From NCBI GenBank assembly GCA_012295275.1, contig CM022670.1, positions 17,980,001-18,044,000 on the forward strand: a stretch of 64,000 nucleotides of DNA. Direction: 5' to 3'. The position numbers were made by a program, and so were the translations under genes. Each line of letters starts with the position of its first letter. Within the stretch, counting starts at the first letter, position 1. Origin of the DNA: Chrysomallon squamiferum. Its lineage: Eukaryota; Animalia; Mollusca. Below the pieces are notes generated by a model that saw only the letters and a list, made by a program, of their open reading frames with translations, was not told where the DNA came from and made no database searches. Below are positions 45,425 to 59,765 of this stretch, one piece after another.

Positions 45425-48400
45425 AAAATCTAATTTATAATAATTTGTCTCATGCTGAAACATTTATTAATTTCAGAAGCATCTGTTAAACGTGTACGTA
45501 TGAAGTAGTGAAAGAATAATATAAATATTATTTTGTTGTGTCACTGAGTGTTTGTGGATATGGAAGAAAGAATCTAAATGCATTTTGTTATATTCTTAAC
45601 TGATCCTGTTCTGTCTGGACTACAGCCTACTCTAATAAAACGAAGAGTTGACAGTGAACAAATTAAAAGCAAATAAATAAATAAATAAATAAATGATGAG
45701 AATGATGATGACGATGGTGACGAAGACGAATAGTAGTCGTAGTAGAAGTAATGATAGTGATTATAGTATTAGGTGGAAAGGTAGTAATAGCAGTAGTAGC
45801 AGTATTAAGCAAGGTAATTGTGCGAGGTTTAAACATTATTTCCAATTTGTTTGTCCATTTTGCTTTTTCAGTACACATTATTTCATTTCAACACACTTTT
45901 AGTTCTCTTTAGAAACAACAGCAACCACTTTAACTACTACATCATTGACTATTTCTACTACTGCTACAACTAAATAATATAAACAGTCCAAAATAATATA
46001 AATGCATACTGTTTAAATTTGGCCATAATTATATGATGACGACAATAATAATGATGCAATAATGCTTGATTCTTCTTCTTCTTCTTCTTCTTCTTCTTAT
46101 TATTATTAGCAGTAGTGATATTGATAGTAGTCGTCGACATAGTCGAAGTTGTAGGTGTAGTAGTATTATTGATTTCAGCATAACGATTAACAGTAGTAGT
46201 AGTAGTATTGTTAGTAGTAGTATTGCTGTCGTTTTCGCTTTAACGATTACTTCTTTTTTTTTTTCTGGTAATATTAATGTGAAATAACCATTTACCCAAA
46301 TAACTAACAACAACTGGGTTAAGTATCAGTCTCTGGCTTATTTCTGCAGCATAGCTGACAGTCGGACAGACAGTCTTGCGAATTTGCCAGCAGATGGCAA
46401 AACTCATTCCGTTCCATTGACACGTTTTTGCATCTAAGATAATTTGTTTCCTCAGGAAATACTCTAGGAATGTTGATGTTCATATCGACCACGTTGTGTA
46501 CTTAAGTAGAAACTTTGGTGGTAATCTGAAACACTTCTGCTGATGACTGCCGTCCTAAACAGTAATTTAGAAGTGGCTCTACTGTCTTTAAGATGTCTAG
46601 TTTGGTTGCGAGATATGTACTGTTACCAAGGATATAAGGACAAAATGTTTCGTTCTGTCTTCGGTACACAATTCAGAAGTCTGGGCTGTCTGGCCAGGGA
46701 AGGTTAAATTAGTATGTTACAGGTTAAATTTGATGAATTAAACTCGAAAGTCAGTGGGCTGATCTTAGAATTAAAGAACTGCGCTAAGATACACTCTGAG
46801 AACGCACTAACCATCAATACGCTCAACAATACGCCACCTTTGGTTTCTTACACTTCCACTGTTGCCATCATATCTGTTATGAGAAAAATAAGATTTGTTT
46901 GTCTTGATTTCTGTGTAAATCGCTGTTTAAAAATTAAAAATAAAAGTTGATTCTAGTATTTTGTTTAAGACAGTCACAAATGTACAAACTATAAATTATA
47001 TTATTCTCGAACTGATTAGGTACGCTCGAACTTGCAGAAATTGAAATGGGGAAAAAATGGAATGTCGTTTTCGTGAACGAAATCGAATCCTCGTGCAAGA
47101 AAACATAGATAAAAAATGTATGCAAATAAAGCATTTAAAAGAAACAAGACTAATTAAATAAATAAACAAAGAAATGAAAAAAAAAAAAAAAAAAAAAAAG
47201 AAAATAATTAAAAAGAAAGAAAAAAACAAGTAATCAACACATAAGTCCACTTACACATACTACAAACTTAGCTCTTTTTATACCAAATTAATCTTAGTGA
47301 AAATATCTATACATGATGAAACATTTATATTTAGAAGGGACAAAATTGTGATAAAATCTGAAAATCTTTTTGGGGTCAGCTTTTTTTTTTTTAACAAGTT
47401 GTAGTTTTCTTCTACAATCTCAGTACTAGTAAAGGCTCGATAATAAATAATAAATATGACTTGTTGAGTGCTTTTTCCTCTTGAGAGATGGGCTCAGAAC
47501 ACTTTACAAATACGAGTGTATTAAGAACACATGGACAAAAACTAGGTGAATAACGAATTATACAGTAATAATACTTTAAAAGGTTATATACAGTATATGA
47601 ATATATGGAGCAGAAATTGAAATTGTTCAGATAAACTTTAATGAGCGACTTTTGAAACAAAGATGTATTTTGAGAGCTTGTTTGAATGTGAATGTGGACA
47701 TTATGAAACAAATAAACCAAAGTGTTGCTGTCTGTAATAAATATCTTTCAGAGAAGTGCTGTGCTTAAATAACTTTGATGTTTTATTGACCAAGATGGAG
47801 GCACATACATATGTAACGGACTCCGATATGATTTCAACCCAGATTTAATCACTTAAATAGTAATTGTATGGGGTTAAATCGACATGTTATGAAAAGAATG
47901 ATCATTTTGCTCGCCATCAAGAACCTTTAAACAGAATTCAGCAGTTTCTGTCTGAGGACAATCGGCGAGATTATTCGATTTCTGACTCGGAACGAACCAG
48001 CTTCGATGGCCACAACTGCTTCATGTTTCTGCAAACAAGATGTTCTGTTTATGTCCTTTAGGCAAAGTGTTTGGCAGTGTAGTTGCTTTTAGCTTCAATT
48101 CCACTGTCGTCCGAGAACGAAACATTGTTCTTTCTTGAAAAGGGCCCGTTGCTCGCAAAATAATCGAAATACTTTACAGAAATTTCACATCAACGTTTTT
48201 CTATTGCTTTCGGGAAGTGGGATGTTTATATTGTATATATACAAATGAAGCTAACAAACGACATTTTTGTTTGGTCGAGTTTGTTTGTGGGAAGACAGCT
48301 CGCACTGTTAACCTCTCGACGGTAAACTGCGGCGAATGAACGACGGTCGAGCTTCACACGATCGTTTATCAGCTGGGAAGTAACGGCTACACAAGGCACT

Positions 48401-49670
48401 TCTGATTGAAATTAAACCTTTTTTTTTTCTCTTCATTTTTTTTCTTCTTCACAATATGAAATAATATTCTTGCAATACGCATAAAGATTCAAAAAGTTCA
48501 AATTTTCCATTCATGCAGTTTTCATTCACACAGTACTTCAAACAGAGACCAAATCAAAACCAAGACGAACTATTAAAAGTCAGTGAAAATAGGTGAAAAC
48601 AGAATAGCGTACCATATATAGAGGCGTCTTAGAGTATACATAGCATAGGTTAAAATAAGTAGTAAAATAATATTAGTAGTAATAGTAATAGAAAATGAGT
48701 AGTACAATCTCTGATTATCTTATAAATATAATATATATATAAAATTAAAAAAATGTTAAGATGAACTGAAATTTAAAGACGAGTTAATTGGTTTATTATT
48801 ATTAATTTTATTATTATTATTAATTTCTCACTTTATCAGCATGTTTGTAAACAAAATCATCAATCGTACTGTCTTCAGGAATCCTTTTTCACATTGATTT
48901 TTGTTTGGTTTTTTTGCTCGTAATATTTCAAGCTTGGTGGAAATAATTTAATTGCCGCAGAAAAAGAAAAAGAAAAAAGGGCCGTCTGCGAAAATCGCGA
49001 CATGCCGTCATTTAGTTGAACTCCAGTGATTAGCATGAACCAGTAAGCTCCAGGATTACTTCCATTGATCTTCGCTTACACAGCGGTATTTATGAGTTGT
49101 CTTCTCATCTGTCCAAAATGGCAGGTCATTAGGAGTCCAGGATTTTCTGGGAAATATATGGAGGAAATGCTTTGCTTCTGTTATTTCCTTCTGCTCACTT
49201 TCAGCAGATGTCAAGACACGTTTACTATGAGATAACGCAAGTCTCAGTATCATGCAATATATTCATGGCTCCACGATATTAATTAAAAAAAGAAGGTTAT
49301 TGGGCTTTTTGATCGGTAGAAAAATAAAGTTGTTTTATTTATTTAATTATTTATTTAAAAAAAAAAAAAAAAAAAATGAAGCTTTTGTTTTCTTTAGGTT
49401 TATATGTAAATATCAATTAATCAACAACATTTTAATCATCATTATCTTCTTTTTCTTACTTAGAATTGTTTTTTTTTTTTTTTTTTTTAAAGAATATCTA
49501 TGTTAAAAGGCTGGTGGAAATCATGCAATACAGCCTTCCATTAACTCTGTCACTACAGGGATGTTAGTAGCCTTATGATTCTCATCTCATTATTTATTCA
49601 GGACGAAAACGTATCTTATACTTATTTCTTATTTCGGGAACTGTTGTTAAGGAAACATACTCGTGCGTAA

Positions 49671-49727
<57 letters not shown>

Positions 49728-50501
49728 AAACAACTATGGCAAGGTATAACCAACCTTCTGCTGACACATAATCTGTAGATAGCAACCCCAAGAGTAACAT
49801 CAAAACCATTTTCCAAATTGCATGTCAAAATAACATCTCCAGTAATGAACATATTCGCCAATGCATTTATCACTGCTTAGTTCTCCGTTGTCAAATTATG
49901 TGAGCAGAACATGTTTAATGAGTCCTGAAGACAATGCAAGAGTAATTTCTGAAAACAAATTTATAAACGTAAATGAAAGATTTTATTCTCGTTAAAGAAG
50001 GTGATTGATAATAATGCTTGTTAATGTTATTGTTTTTAATAACAAACACAAACGCTTCCAAGCATATATCCATAAATGCATTCAGTCTGCATATTCACTG
50101 TTCTGTTCATACACAGATGAAGAGATGGAGAGAATGATTTTTCTGAACGTTTTCATCCATTCATCCAACTATCCACCCACATGAATTAGTATATTTATTC
50201 CTCAGGTTTCGATAACTTCAGTTATGTACTGTTTTGGTGGATAATGATTAGCCTGTTTCAGCGAGTCGCCGAGGTGTTTAAATAATATTGATGTTATTTC
50301 GCTTTGCACGCTTTGATAGATCGTAGTTTGCTCGTTACTGCCGTTCGGCGGACATTTTGTTTTCCACTTCGTTTACTCAGGGACTGCGCTGTCTGTAACA
50401 ACATGTAAACAGCTTGAAACGACGCTACTAGATTAATTTTTTTTATTAATTATTGTTTATCATCATGTTTGTTTTTGTCGAGAAAAACACTCCCCAGGAA
50501 A

Positions 50502-50588
<87 letters not shown>

Positions 50589-51098
50589 ATTGAATTTGAA
50601 ATAAGCGATCAGATATCAAATCCATTAACTAACAGTTAACCTTTGTTTTCTTCTTTCTCGTTCTTTATCCCTTCCATTAATCAAATGTCTGGCCTCACAC
50701 CATTTATAAATCGCAGCACGACTTTCCTTCTGTTGCCTGTCACACAAAATGTTGAGAGCTTGGCTAAATGAAGCAAGAGTTGTGCGCCCTAAAACGCGGA
50801 CAACATTCCTCGTTTTTATCCACTAATCCATGACATCAAGTAAAGAGCAGTCGATCGTTGAATTATTCCATTACCGAAAATTACTTATTTCATTTCTGTT
50901 TATTTTCAGCGCAGAAAGATTGATTTTGAAAAGGTAAGATTTCAAAAACATGTTTAAAAGAAAGTGCATATGCACGCTGTATCTGGATGAAGACATAACA
51001 TCAGAAAGAATATAAATAATGAACTTCAAAGCCTTGACATAATTTTATATATATTCATTATAAAAAAAAATGTTGTCTACATGTAACAATTTAATGGG

Positions 51099-51281
51099 TG
51101 ATAACAAAAATACATTAATCTCAGGTACGTTTGTAATTTTATTTTATTATTATTATTTTTTTTTTTGCTGTTAATTACTTAAATTATAATTAATATAGTT
51201 ATTATTACTGTTATTATTATTATTTTACATTTCTACTTCATTTATTCTATTCTTTTTATCAGTATTTCATTCGTCTCTCTC

Positions 51282-51335
<54 letters not shown>

Positions 51336-51548
51336 TATATACATATACAGAGAGAGAGACGAATGAAATACTGATAAAAAGAATAGAATAAATGAAGTAG
51401 AAATGTAAAATAATAATAATAATAATAAATATAACAGTAACAGTAACAATAACTATATTAATTATAATTTAATTAATTAACAGCCCAAAAAGAAGAATGA
51501 AAATTACAAACGTACCCGAGATTAATGTATTGCAATACATTTGTTATC

Positions 51549-51549
<1 letters not shown>
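51099..51549. repeat. Long inverted repeat (palindrome), ~190-bp arms around a (TA)n(CA)n centre
   Basis: TTTTACATTTCTACTTCATTTATTCTATTCTTTTTATCAGTATTTCATTCGTCTCTCTCTCTGTATAT is the exact reverse complement of the segment following the centre. The outer arms (TGATAACAA...AATACATTAATCTC.GGTACGTTTGTAATTTT) match with a few indels. Confidence 0.93.
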
Positions 51550-51579
<30 letters not shown>

Positions 51580-51987
51580 TACATACATACATACATACAT
51601 ACATATGTATATATTAATTGACTAGATAAACGGTATTCTTATCAGAATTAATACGTTTGGTTATCTGACAAATGAACAAATAAATAAATCCATTCCCAGT
51701 CAAATATTTTATTATTCACAGACACTGTTAGACACTATTTACATAATAATATGAACGTCAGCAACTTCATAAGGAAACAAATATGCATGTAATTCAAAAA
51801 TAAATATTGAAGAAACATATCAGAAATTTCTTGAACAACATCTGAAAAAGTTTGACAGTTTTATAACTTGCTCCCTTTTTATTTGTTTTTTCATAGGAGA
51901 ATTCGATTGTTTTCATTTTTCCTTCTCGCAAATTCAGTTTGAATATTCCGACAACAGGAAAGCACGACAATTAACTTCACGGCACTA

Positions 51988-52133
51988 CTATAAATCGCTA
52001 TTGACGAATCTAGAGTTCTCACCCCTGACGTCATTCGGCTTGCTGCGAGTCCACGTGGTGGTGGGATACAAACGACCTTGTGGCGGGGAGGAACAGGAAA
52101 ACACGCTACGGAACTCATCCCGAAATTTCACTG

Positions 52134-52170
<37 letters not shown>

Positions 52171-54964
52171 TGTCATTAAAACAGAAAGAACAATAACATC
52201 ATTAAGAATAACAACAGCAGCAGCATCAGAGGTCAAAAAAAATAAAAAATAAAAGTAAAAATAAAAATAGTAGTAATGATATAAAACAATAATAATTTGA
52301 ACATTGTCATCGTGAACAACAATTACAATATTATCATCGTTATACCAGCAACAAGAACAACAGTAATAATAACGCTTACCATTATAAAAAAAAAAAAAAA
52401 TTAATCGCACATCTTTCAAATGGATAACGTATTTGTTAACTGCAGAAACGGTTGAACAACCTGTTCATATATATATTTATATAAAACATTTGTTTTGACC
52501 GAAACGTCTATGACCATGATGTTGCCTTTTTTCTCACCATTAGACTGGAAATTTGAAATATGATAGAAGAGCAATAAGAATTGTTTATTCAGTTTCAAAT
52601 ACTTTGTCATCCATTTACTTCTCTGTTTTTATCTTTCATTTTCTTTTTTTCTTTCCTTCTTCCTTTCCTTTCTTTCTTTCTTTCTTTCTTTCGTTCGTTC
52701 GTTATCCGACTTTCTTTCTTTTGTTTATTCATTAACTTTCTTTTTTTAATGTCTTTATTCATTATCTTAAATTAAGAAACTTGGACAGTAATAAATCTTA
52801 TTTAAACGCTGATTACACTTAATTTTCTTAATGATTAGACAAATGTAAAGATTATAATTTGTCGGTAAACTTAAAAACAAAAAAAAAACCTAATAAATAA
52901 TTGAGTGTTGTCACTTATTTCAACATCCCGTAACGATTTCGATGAAATCACTTATTTCACGTAATAGGCTGCAAAATTACATCTCGCTATCTTTTTACGT
53001 GATTGATCCATTTTTGGTATAAACTGTGCTGTTGAAATATTTCATCTAATTTGACAAACTTAGAACCAAGTGAACTTTAATTGTCTGACTGTGTCTCCAC
53101 CTTGGTTAAGAAAGAAAATTTTCCTCCCGTTTCTTTGGGGTTTTTTTCTTTCTTTTATTTTTACCCTATTTTGTCTGTCTATCTGTCTACTATTTACCCA
53201 GTCGTCAGTCCATCCAAACATCTGTCTATCCATCTATCTTTCTTCCATCCATTTTCTATCGTTTGCTGATTACAGTAGGCTAGCGTCCAGCAAAGATGCC
53301 GCCAGACAGATCAGTTTCATAATATCTGTTCTGTTGCTAGGATCGGGGTAAAATGTATCTTTCACATCTTCCTTTTACAATTATATATTAAAATGTGGAC
53401 ACTCTTCAGCCTGTAGGGATCTGTTCTGAGCGAAAAATTGCTGGTGTGAGAGGAACGAGCCTCGAACCGCTTCGTACATTTCGCCATCAGCCCATAACAC
53501 AATGGACTGCCCGGGTCGACACCAACACAATTTACATTGGTAATGGCGAGAATTACGACACTGAAGAAAGATACTATCAGTGATTAATGTAAAGTGTCAG
53601 ACAGTGCTCTGGTATGAAACTTCAGGTCGCGGCGATTCTTTCTTGAGATTATGCCGAAAAATAAAAAAGAGGACATGATGAAATAAGCTATAATGTTAAT
53701 AATGTAGCACCTAAGTTATCAGTAAATATTTTAGCACAAGTCTTACATCTAACACATCTAAGGATCGATGAAGACTATTTTCCGCTCGAATCAGTTCTTC
53801 CAACAATTTACATTAAAGGATTTTTATTAATACTATGTCACCAGTCAACGGCTTTGTATTATCACGAGCCATAAGATTAATAAAAATCCTTTAATGTAAA
53901 TTGTTGGGAGAACTGATTCGAGCGCGAAATAGTCTTACATCTAATACATCTCAAGATCGATGTAGACTATTTCCCGTTCGAATCAGTTCTTCAAACAATT
54001 TACATTAAAGGATTTTTATTAATACTATGGTTTGTGATAATACAAAGATGATGACTGGTGATAGATGACGATAACAAAAATGAAGAAAAAGAAGATAACA
54101 ACTTAAAAATTATGTCAAAACTACTTTAATGTCCAGAAGACAAAGGACGTCTGTGGAATGGATTACAATATCCAGAAACAGAGGAAGAAGAAGAAGAAGA
54201 AGAAGAAGAAGAAGAAGAAGAAGAAGAAGAAGAAGAAGAAGAAGAAGAAGATGAAGAAAAAAGAAAGTTTGAATATAAATTAACCCTAAAATGTACAAAA
54301 CTGATTTGTTAACATTCAGGCAATTGGTGGAACGACACAGCTAAAGACATCAAACAAGTGATAAAACTGCGACCAGTGAAGTGGTTTTACGAGGTCATTT
54401 AGTCATCTCGACACCGTCTCAGAATTAAGTGTGACAGATATATACCACTTCGCCTTCTAACAATGTCTTCTAAATATGCAGGTAATTGGATTGCCGGAAC
54501 AGCTGATACAGACGAAAACCGAAGGCACAAAGTGGCAGACACCGTTCTGAACGTGATGGACAGAGTAGGCACTTTACTTTTTACCAAGGCTGGTACTTGG
54601 TAAGTAGGCGATGAGTCACGTGGTTAACTGAAGAGAGATGACGTTGGTCCATCACGTTGTCAATTACTTAACACGACCGAGGCATGCAGAAATAGAATGA
54701 TTTAATGACCAGTGAATGATGATTCTAATTTAACTTATATATTCGTTTTCCATTTTGTATGAACTCTGTTCATTTTAATTTTAATTTTTTTTTTTATATA
54801 TTATACTGAAGCGTCCAATTAATAATGTATTAAAATTATTGAGTATATTTTAAATCTTATCATTTTTGTTTCTGTTATATTATATTTATATCTATGTACC
54901 TACCTATCTAACTATATATATATACACATACATTTATACATACATACATTCATACATACATACA

Positions 54965-55000
<36 letters not shown>

Positions 55001-55242
55001 TATACACATATACACATATACACATATACACACATACATACAAGCATACATACACATATACAAAATGTTTTTGGACAACAACAACAGTAATTAAAATATG
55101 GTTATAATGCTTGGAATGAGGAACCCTAAGAGAAAATGCTGCAACAATAAATAAAATTATAAAAAAAACTAAAATTTTAACAACATAATAATAATAATAA
55201 TAATAAAAAACAAATGAAATTTAATAATAATTAATATAAATA

Positions 55243-55274
<32 letters not shown>

Positions 55275-56055
55275 GTGTGTGCGTGTGTGTGTGTGTGTGT
55301 GTTTGTGTGAGCGCGCGTGCACACACGAAACAAAACAAAACAAAAATTAGGCAAGTTAATTTTAAACTAAACTACAGTATACTGAAAGACTTACCACTCA
55401 TAAAGTTGTATATAACAGGGTTGATGGCGTTGTTGAAGTAACACAACCAGTGTGAAAACAAGAAGCTCACAGGTAACAGTGGATGATCAGCGTCTTTCTT
55501 TGTAAGCAAACCTGGAGACCTGCAGCAACACATTGACAAAGATATAATTACTTGTATGTGTCTCCGTATAATAAATCGTGAATATTATGGTGTGATATAT
55601 CATTGATACTGTGAGTGAGTAATGAAAAAGAGATACAGAAAGACTTACACAAAGAGCCATGTATAATGAACTAAAGTATCAATACATTCATACCCACAGA
55701 CATTGGTATTAATATATACATACTTACATATATACTACGTATATAAGTACACCCACAGACATTGGTATTATTATGTATCTTACAAATAAAGACATATTAA
55801 TACACACATAATTCACACGTACACATAGACACAGACGTAGTTAAATCGCCCACTGGGCTGTGTGTGTTTTAACCTGTGAAATACGGGCCAGTCTGACGAA
55901 AGATTAAACGTACCTGGCGATAGTGAGGAGGTTAATAGGAAGGTAACAGATGAAGAAAATCACCACTATAGCTATCAACATCTTGGCTATTTTTCTTCTA
56001 GACTGAAGCTGTGCGTCAATAGGGCTGTGGTGTCCATTGTATCTAGGATTGCGTG
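51988..56055 (-). CDS. Rhodopsin-class neuropeptide GPCR, orexin/allatotropin receptor-like, 3' exons (ICL3-TM6, TM7, C-tail)
   Basis: Exon 55914-56055: RNPRYNGHHSPIDAQLQSRRKIAKMLIAIVVIFFICYLPINLLTIAR. Exon 55395-55519: SPGLLTKKDADHPLLPVSFLFSHWLCYFNNAINPVIYNFMS. Exon 51988-52130: VKFRDEFRSVFSC...NSDL*. Phases are consistent. SHWLxYxN.A.NP.IYNFMS.KFR and CYLP are typical of orexin/allatotropin receptors. Confidence 0.88.
53739..54063. repeat. Direct-inverted-direct triplication of a ~70-100-bp unit
   Basis: GACTATTT..CG.TCGAATCAGTTCT..CAACAATTTACATTAAAGGATTTTTATTAAT occurs forward at ~53773, reverse-complemented at ~53876-53934, and forward again at ~53965. Confidence 0.9.
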
Positions 56056-57618
56056 CTGAAAAACACAAGTAAAAATAGTTATTGAAATTAAAAAATAGTT
56101 TTAATTATACGTAAACACGGAATAAGTGACTAGTTTTATATTAGCAGCAAAGGATGTTTTATTTCCACCTCCCCATATACAGGAAACACTTGCTGTAATC
56201 TTTGAAAACCTAACTGCGGAGGACTTAAAAGTATAACATACAGATCACGGAGGAGAACTGAACGTATTCTCTACTATGCTGCGATTTCTACGTTATTATT
56301 AGTGAATATTATTCGACACCTACTTGTACAGAAAACAAATATAAAGAAATTAATAAATTAAAAAATAAAAATAAAAATAAGAACGTGTTTCTGATAATTA
56401 TTAAACAAAAAGAAAAACATATGCTAATTTATATCACATTGTTAAACATGTTTTATTACACTAATCAGATTACAAAGTAAATACGTCTGATATTGATTAC
56501 GATACAGCTATATATTTCTGATATTTATCATGCATATCAATCATTAAAAATGACAGATTTTATATATATATACTCGCCATGCCCAAATGACATCTAACTA
56601 TTCTGTATTGATAAAACTTCTTTTTTAACTGAAGCTAGACTGTAAATGTTTGCTACATTAATTTCAGAATGTATCATCTTTATCACATCGTAGTTGTTAA
56701 ATAATCTGACGGACAATTCCTTTTTGAATATGGCTTCATCTATATTTAATAATTAAGAAAGCCTTCATCATGAATACAGATTTCTCATTGTTTAATCGTT
56801 CGTTTATGACATTAAAGGAAAAACGAATAGACTCACAACAGTCAAAATTATCATAGATACAGCAGACAGAAGTCTGGTTGTGTCTTTTGTTACGTCAGAT
56901 TCTGGTTCGTGTCTAAGTGCTCGTGTCTCTGAAGTTAGTACGGTTAATAGAAATTCTCGTTTAATAACATTAATGGAAAAGGATTTTAAATTTTTTTTTA
57001 AAGAAATATCAAATATAATTGCTGACAGTCAGCGACTGTAAATAATTTAAAACAATAAAATAAATAACTGACAGCGGTTAATATTGATATATTCTAAGTA
57101 CGAATTCCCGTACTAATATCCTTGCAATACAGTTTACACAGATTTTTATATGATTAATAAAAGAATGCGGGTTTTTTTTCTTAGCTTTTTCCCAAAACAT
57201 GTTGCTGTTTGTTTTGTTGCGTTTTTTTTTTTTTTTTTTTGTGTTTTTTTAAAACATAATTTTTTCTTATAAATTCAGCTGCAGATGAAGATTTGTTATA
57301 TTTTTTTGATGATGATGATTATAATGATGATGGTGATGATGGTGGTGGTAATATTGTATATTTTCTGAGTTGCGTATTTTATTCATTTCTGCTTTCAGAT
57401 ACTGAAACTAAGAATGTACAATCAACGATTATAAATTTGGGTTTAGTCTTAATTATACAGCATGATTAGAATATCTACGTGTGTTTGTTTAACACAGATC
57501 ACATCTAGAGATAACAGTCTGATCTGAGAGAAATGTAATATACGTGCTGATTTTATTAAACATAAAACATAAATTTCTTAACTTTCTATCGCTCTTGATT
57601 GCCTGCCTGGCTTTCAAT

Positions 57619-57698
<80 letters not shown>

Positions 57699-57804
57699 AA
57701 AAAACAAAACCAATAGCTAATAAATACTTAAAATAACAATAACAAACAAAAAAACCCACCGCAAACACACGAACACTCAGATATTCTCATTCTCATGCTG
57801 TCTA

Positions 57805-57847
<43 letters not shown>

Positions 57848-59036
57848 CAGTGAACAAACAACAATAACAAATAATAATAATAATAACAAAAATAATAATA
57901 ATAATAATTATTATTATTATTGATAAAAAATCCATCCCCATACAGAACAGTGAGAGGATTTTAATCACTTTTATGACAACTGTTATCATTTCATTAAACT
58001 TGTAATACCATTAAACTTATCCTATCAGTAAATGACTAAATTGTTCAATGTCATTTGCGTAATACTGGAATCATGAAACTTTTTAACTGATTTAAATCTT
58101 CATTCTACACCAGTTTGACAGCTGCTTGAAATCTGAAGTAGCTAATTGAATAAGGTCGTCACAAAATCTGGTTAGAACACAATTAATCGAAGAAGAATTT
58201 TCACCAAATTACTAATCTGAGCGGATCTCTTTATGCTAAACTGAACCCACGTGTCATTTGATGAAGAATAAATAAAATGTAATGGATAAGAAAAGGGAAA
58301 AAAAAATAATAAAAAAAAAAAATAAAAAATGATATAGGAATAAAAAGATAGAACAACAAAAAAAAATACTGTACAATGAACGATGCATTATATCCTTCGG
58401 ACGAGCAAAATACTGAATATGAAAAAAAAAAAAAAAAAAAAAACAAAACAAATTAAACATTAAAAAATAAACTTTATATAGTTTTTTTTTTTTTTTTAAT
58501 TTTGTATCTTTTGCATTTCTTTTTTTACTTGTAAAATGTCTTGTCCACGCAGCCATTGCATCCTTATTGCAAAATATCGTGTTTTTCTATGTTGCATCTA
58601 TGACACATTCTTGCATAAAGTCTATCTTCCAAAATACTTTAGGGTTTGTTGGTTTTGCTGTTTTTATTTGTTTTCATAATACACATTATGTTAAAAATAC
58701 ACACAAACTGTCAATAGTTTATGAAAAATCTTCACAAAAAGCATATTCATCCAAAAGAGTTTTATATTTCTCTATTCGATAATTATATAGCTAAAAACAA
58801 TAAAATCTCATTGCCCTCACTAATCCAGTGTAATCCATGTCAAATACGTTTGTAAACGGATATTATATATGAGATGGGTACCAAACTGGAGCAGTTTATT
58901 CCGTTGTTAAACACTAATAGTGAAAAGCCGCCAATTTATAGACGTAATATTTTATAACAGCGTAGGCTTATGTTTGTTGTTTTTTAAATTCAATTACTGA
59001 CTGATTTGTGTTACAAAACAGGTAATGCTAGGTTCT

Positions 59037-59131
<95 letters not shown>

Positions 59132-59614
59132 AGAGAAAAATCTTATATATATTATCTTGCATGGGGCGCATTCTTTTATTATGTTATGACTAAATTCAGT
59201 ATTTATTTCATACTTTGATATTACTGTTTTTCAGGAATGAATCAGAATTTTTATTAAAATATAAGATCAGTATGGGCTATGCTTTTCAGTATGTAATAAA
59301 GAATATATATTATATAGACCTTCCCAAAGATAGTACATTACATACCACTGACATAGAAAAAATAGTCGGGCCTTTAACTGAGCAGAGGCGATTTTTTAGG
59401 TGAACACTCTACCAGTCAGCTACATTCAATTTTCTTTAAGGCCGATTTCAAACTGCAAATTAAGTTACGTCTACAACCAGTGAGACGTATAAAATGTTCA
59501 AGTAATGTATTTTGTAGCGATATAAATTTTACATCAACGTAATACTGAAAACACAAATTACCAATTACTCGTAGGTTTATTGACATTTAATTAAGCAGCG
59601 ATTTTTTTCTCGTA

Positions 59615-59653
59615 TTTTTCCTTCTTCTTCTTCTTCTTCTTATCTTATTACTC

Positions 59654-59687
<34 letters not shown>

Positions 59688-59765
59688 GTTTTGTTTCGTT
59701 TTTTTCCTTCTTCTTCTTCTTATTATTATCATCATTATTATTATTACGTTTTGTTTCGTTTTTTC
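59615..59765 (+). repeat. Tandem duplication of a compound (TTC)n(TTA)n-CGTTTTGTTTCGTTTTTT unit
   Basis: Two copies ending in TTATTACGTTTTGTTTCGTTTTTT. A similar small duplication lies at ~60040-60136. Confidence 0.7.

Noticed and set aside
44400-50800. Possible additional protein-coding gene between ATG4 and the receptor
   Set aside because: No chain of in-frame exons or recognisable motifs was found; the short ORFs look random.
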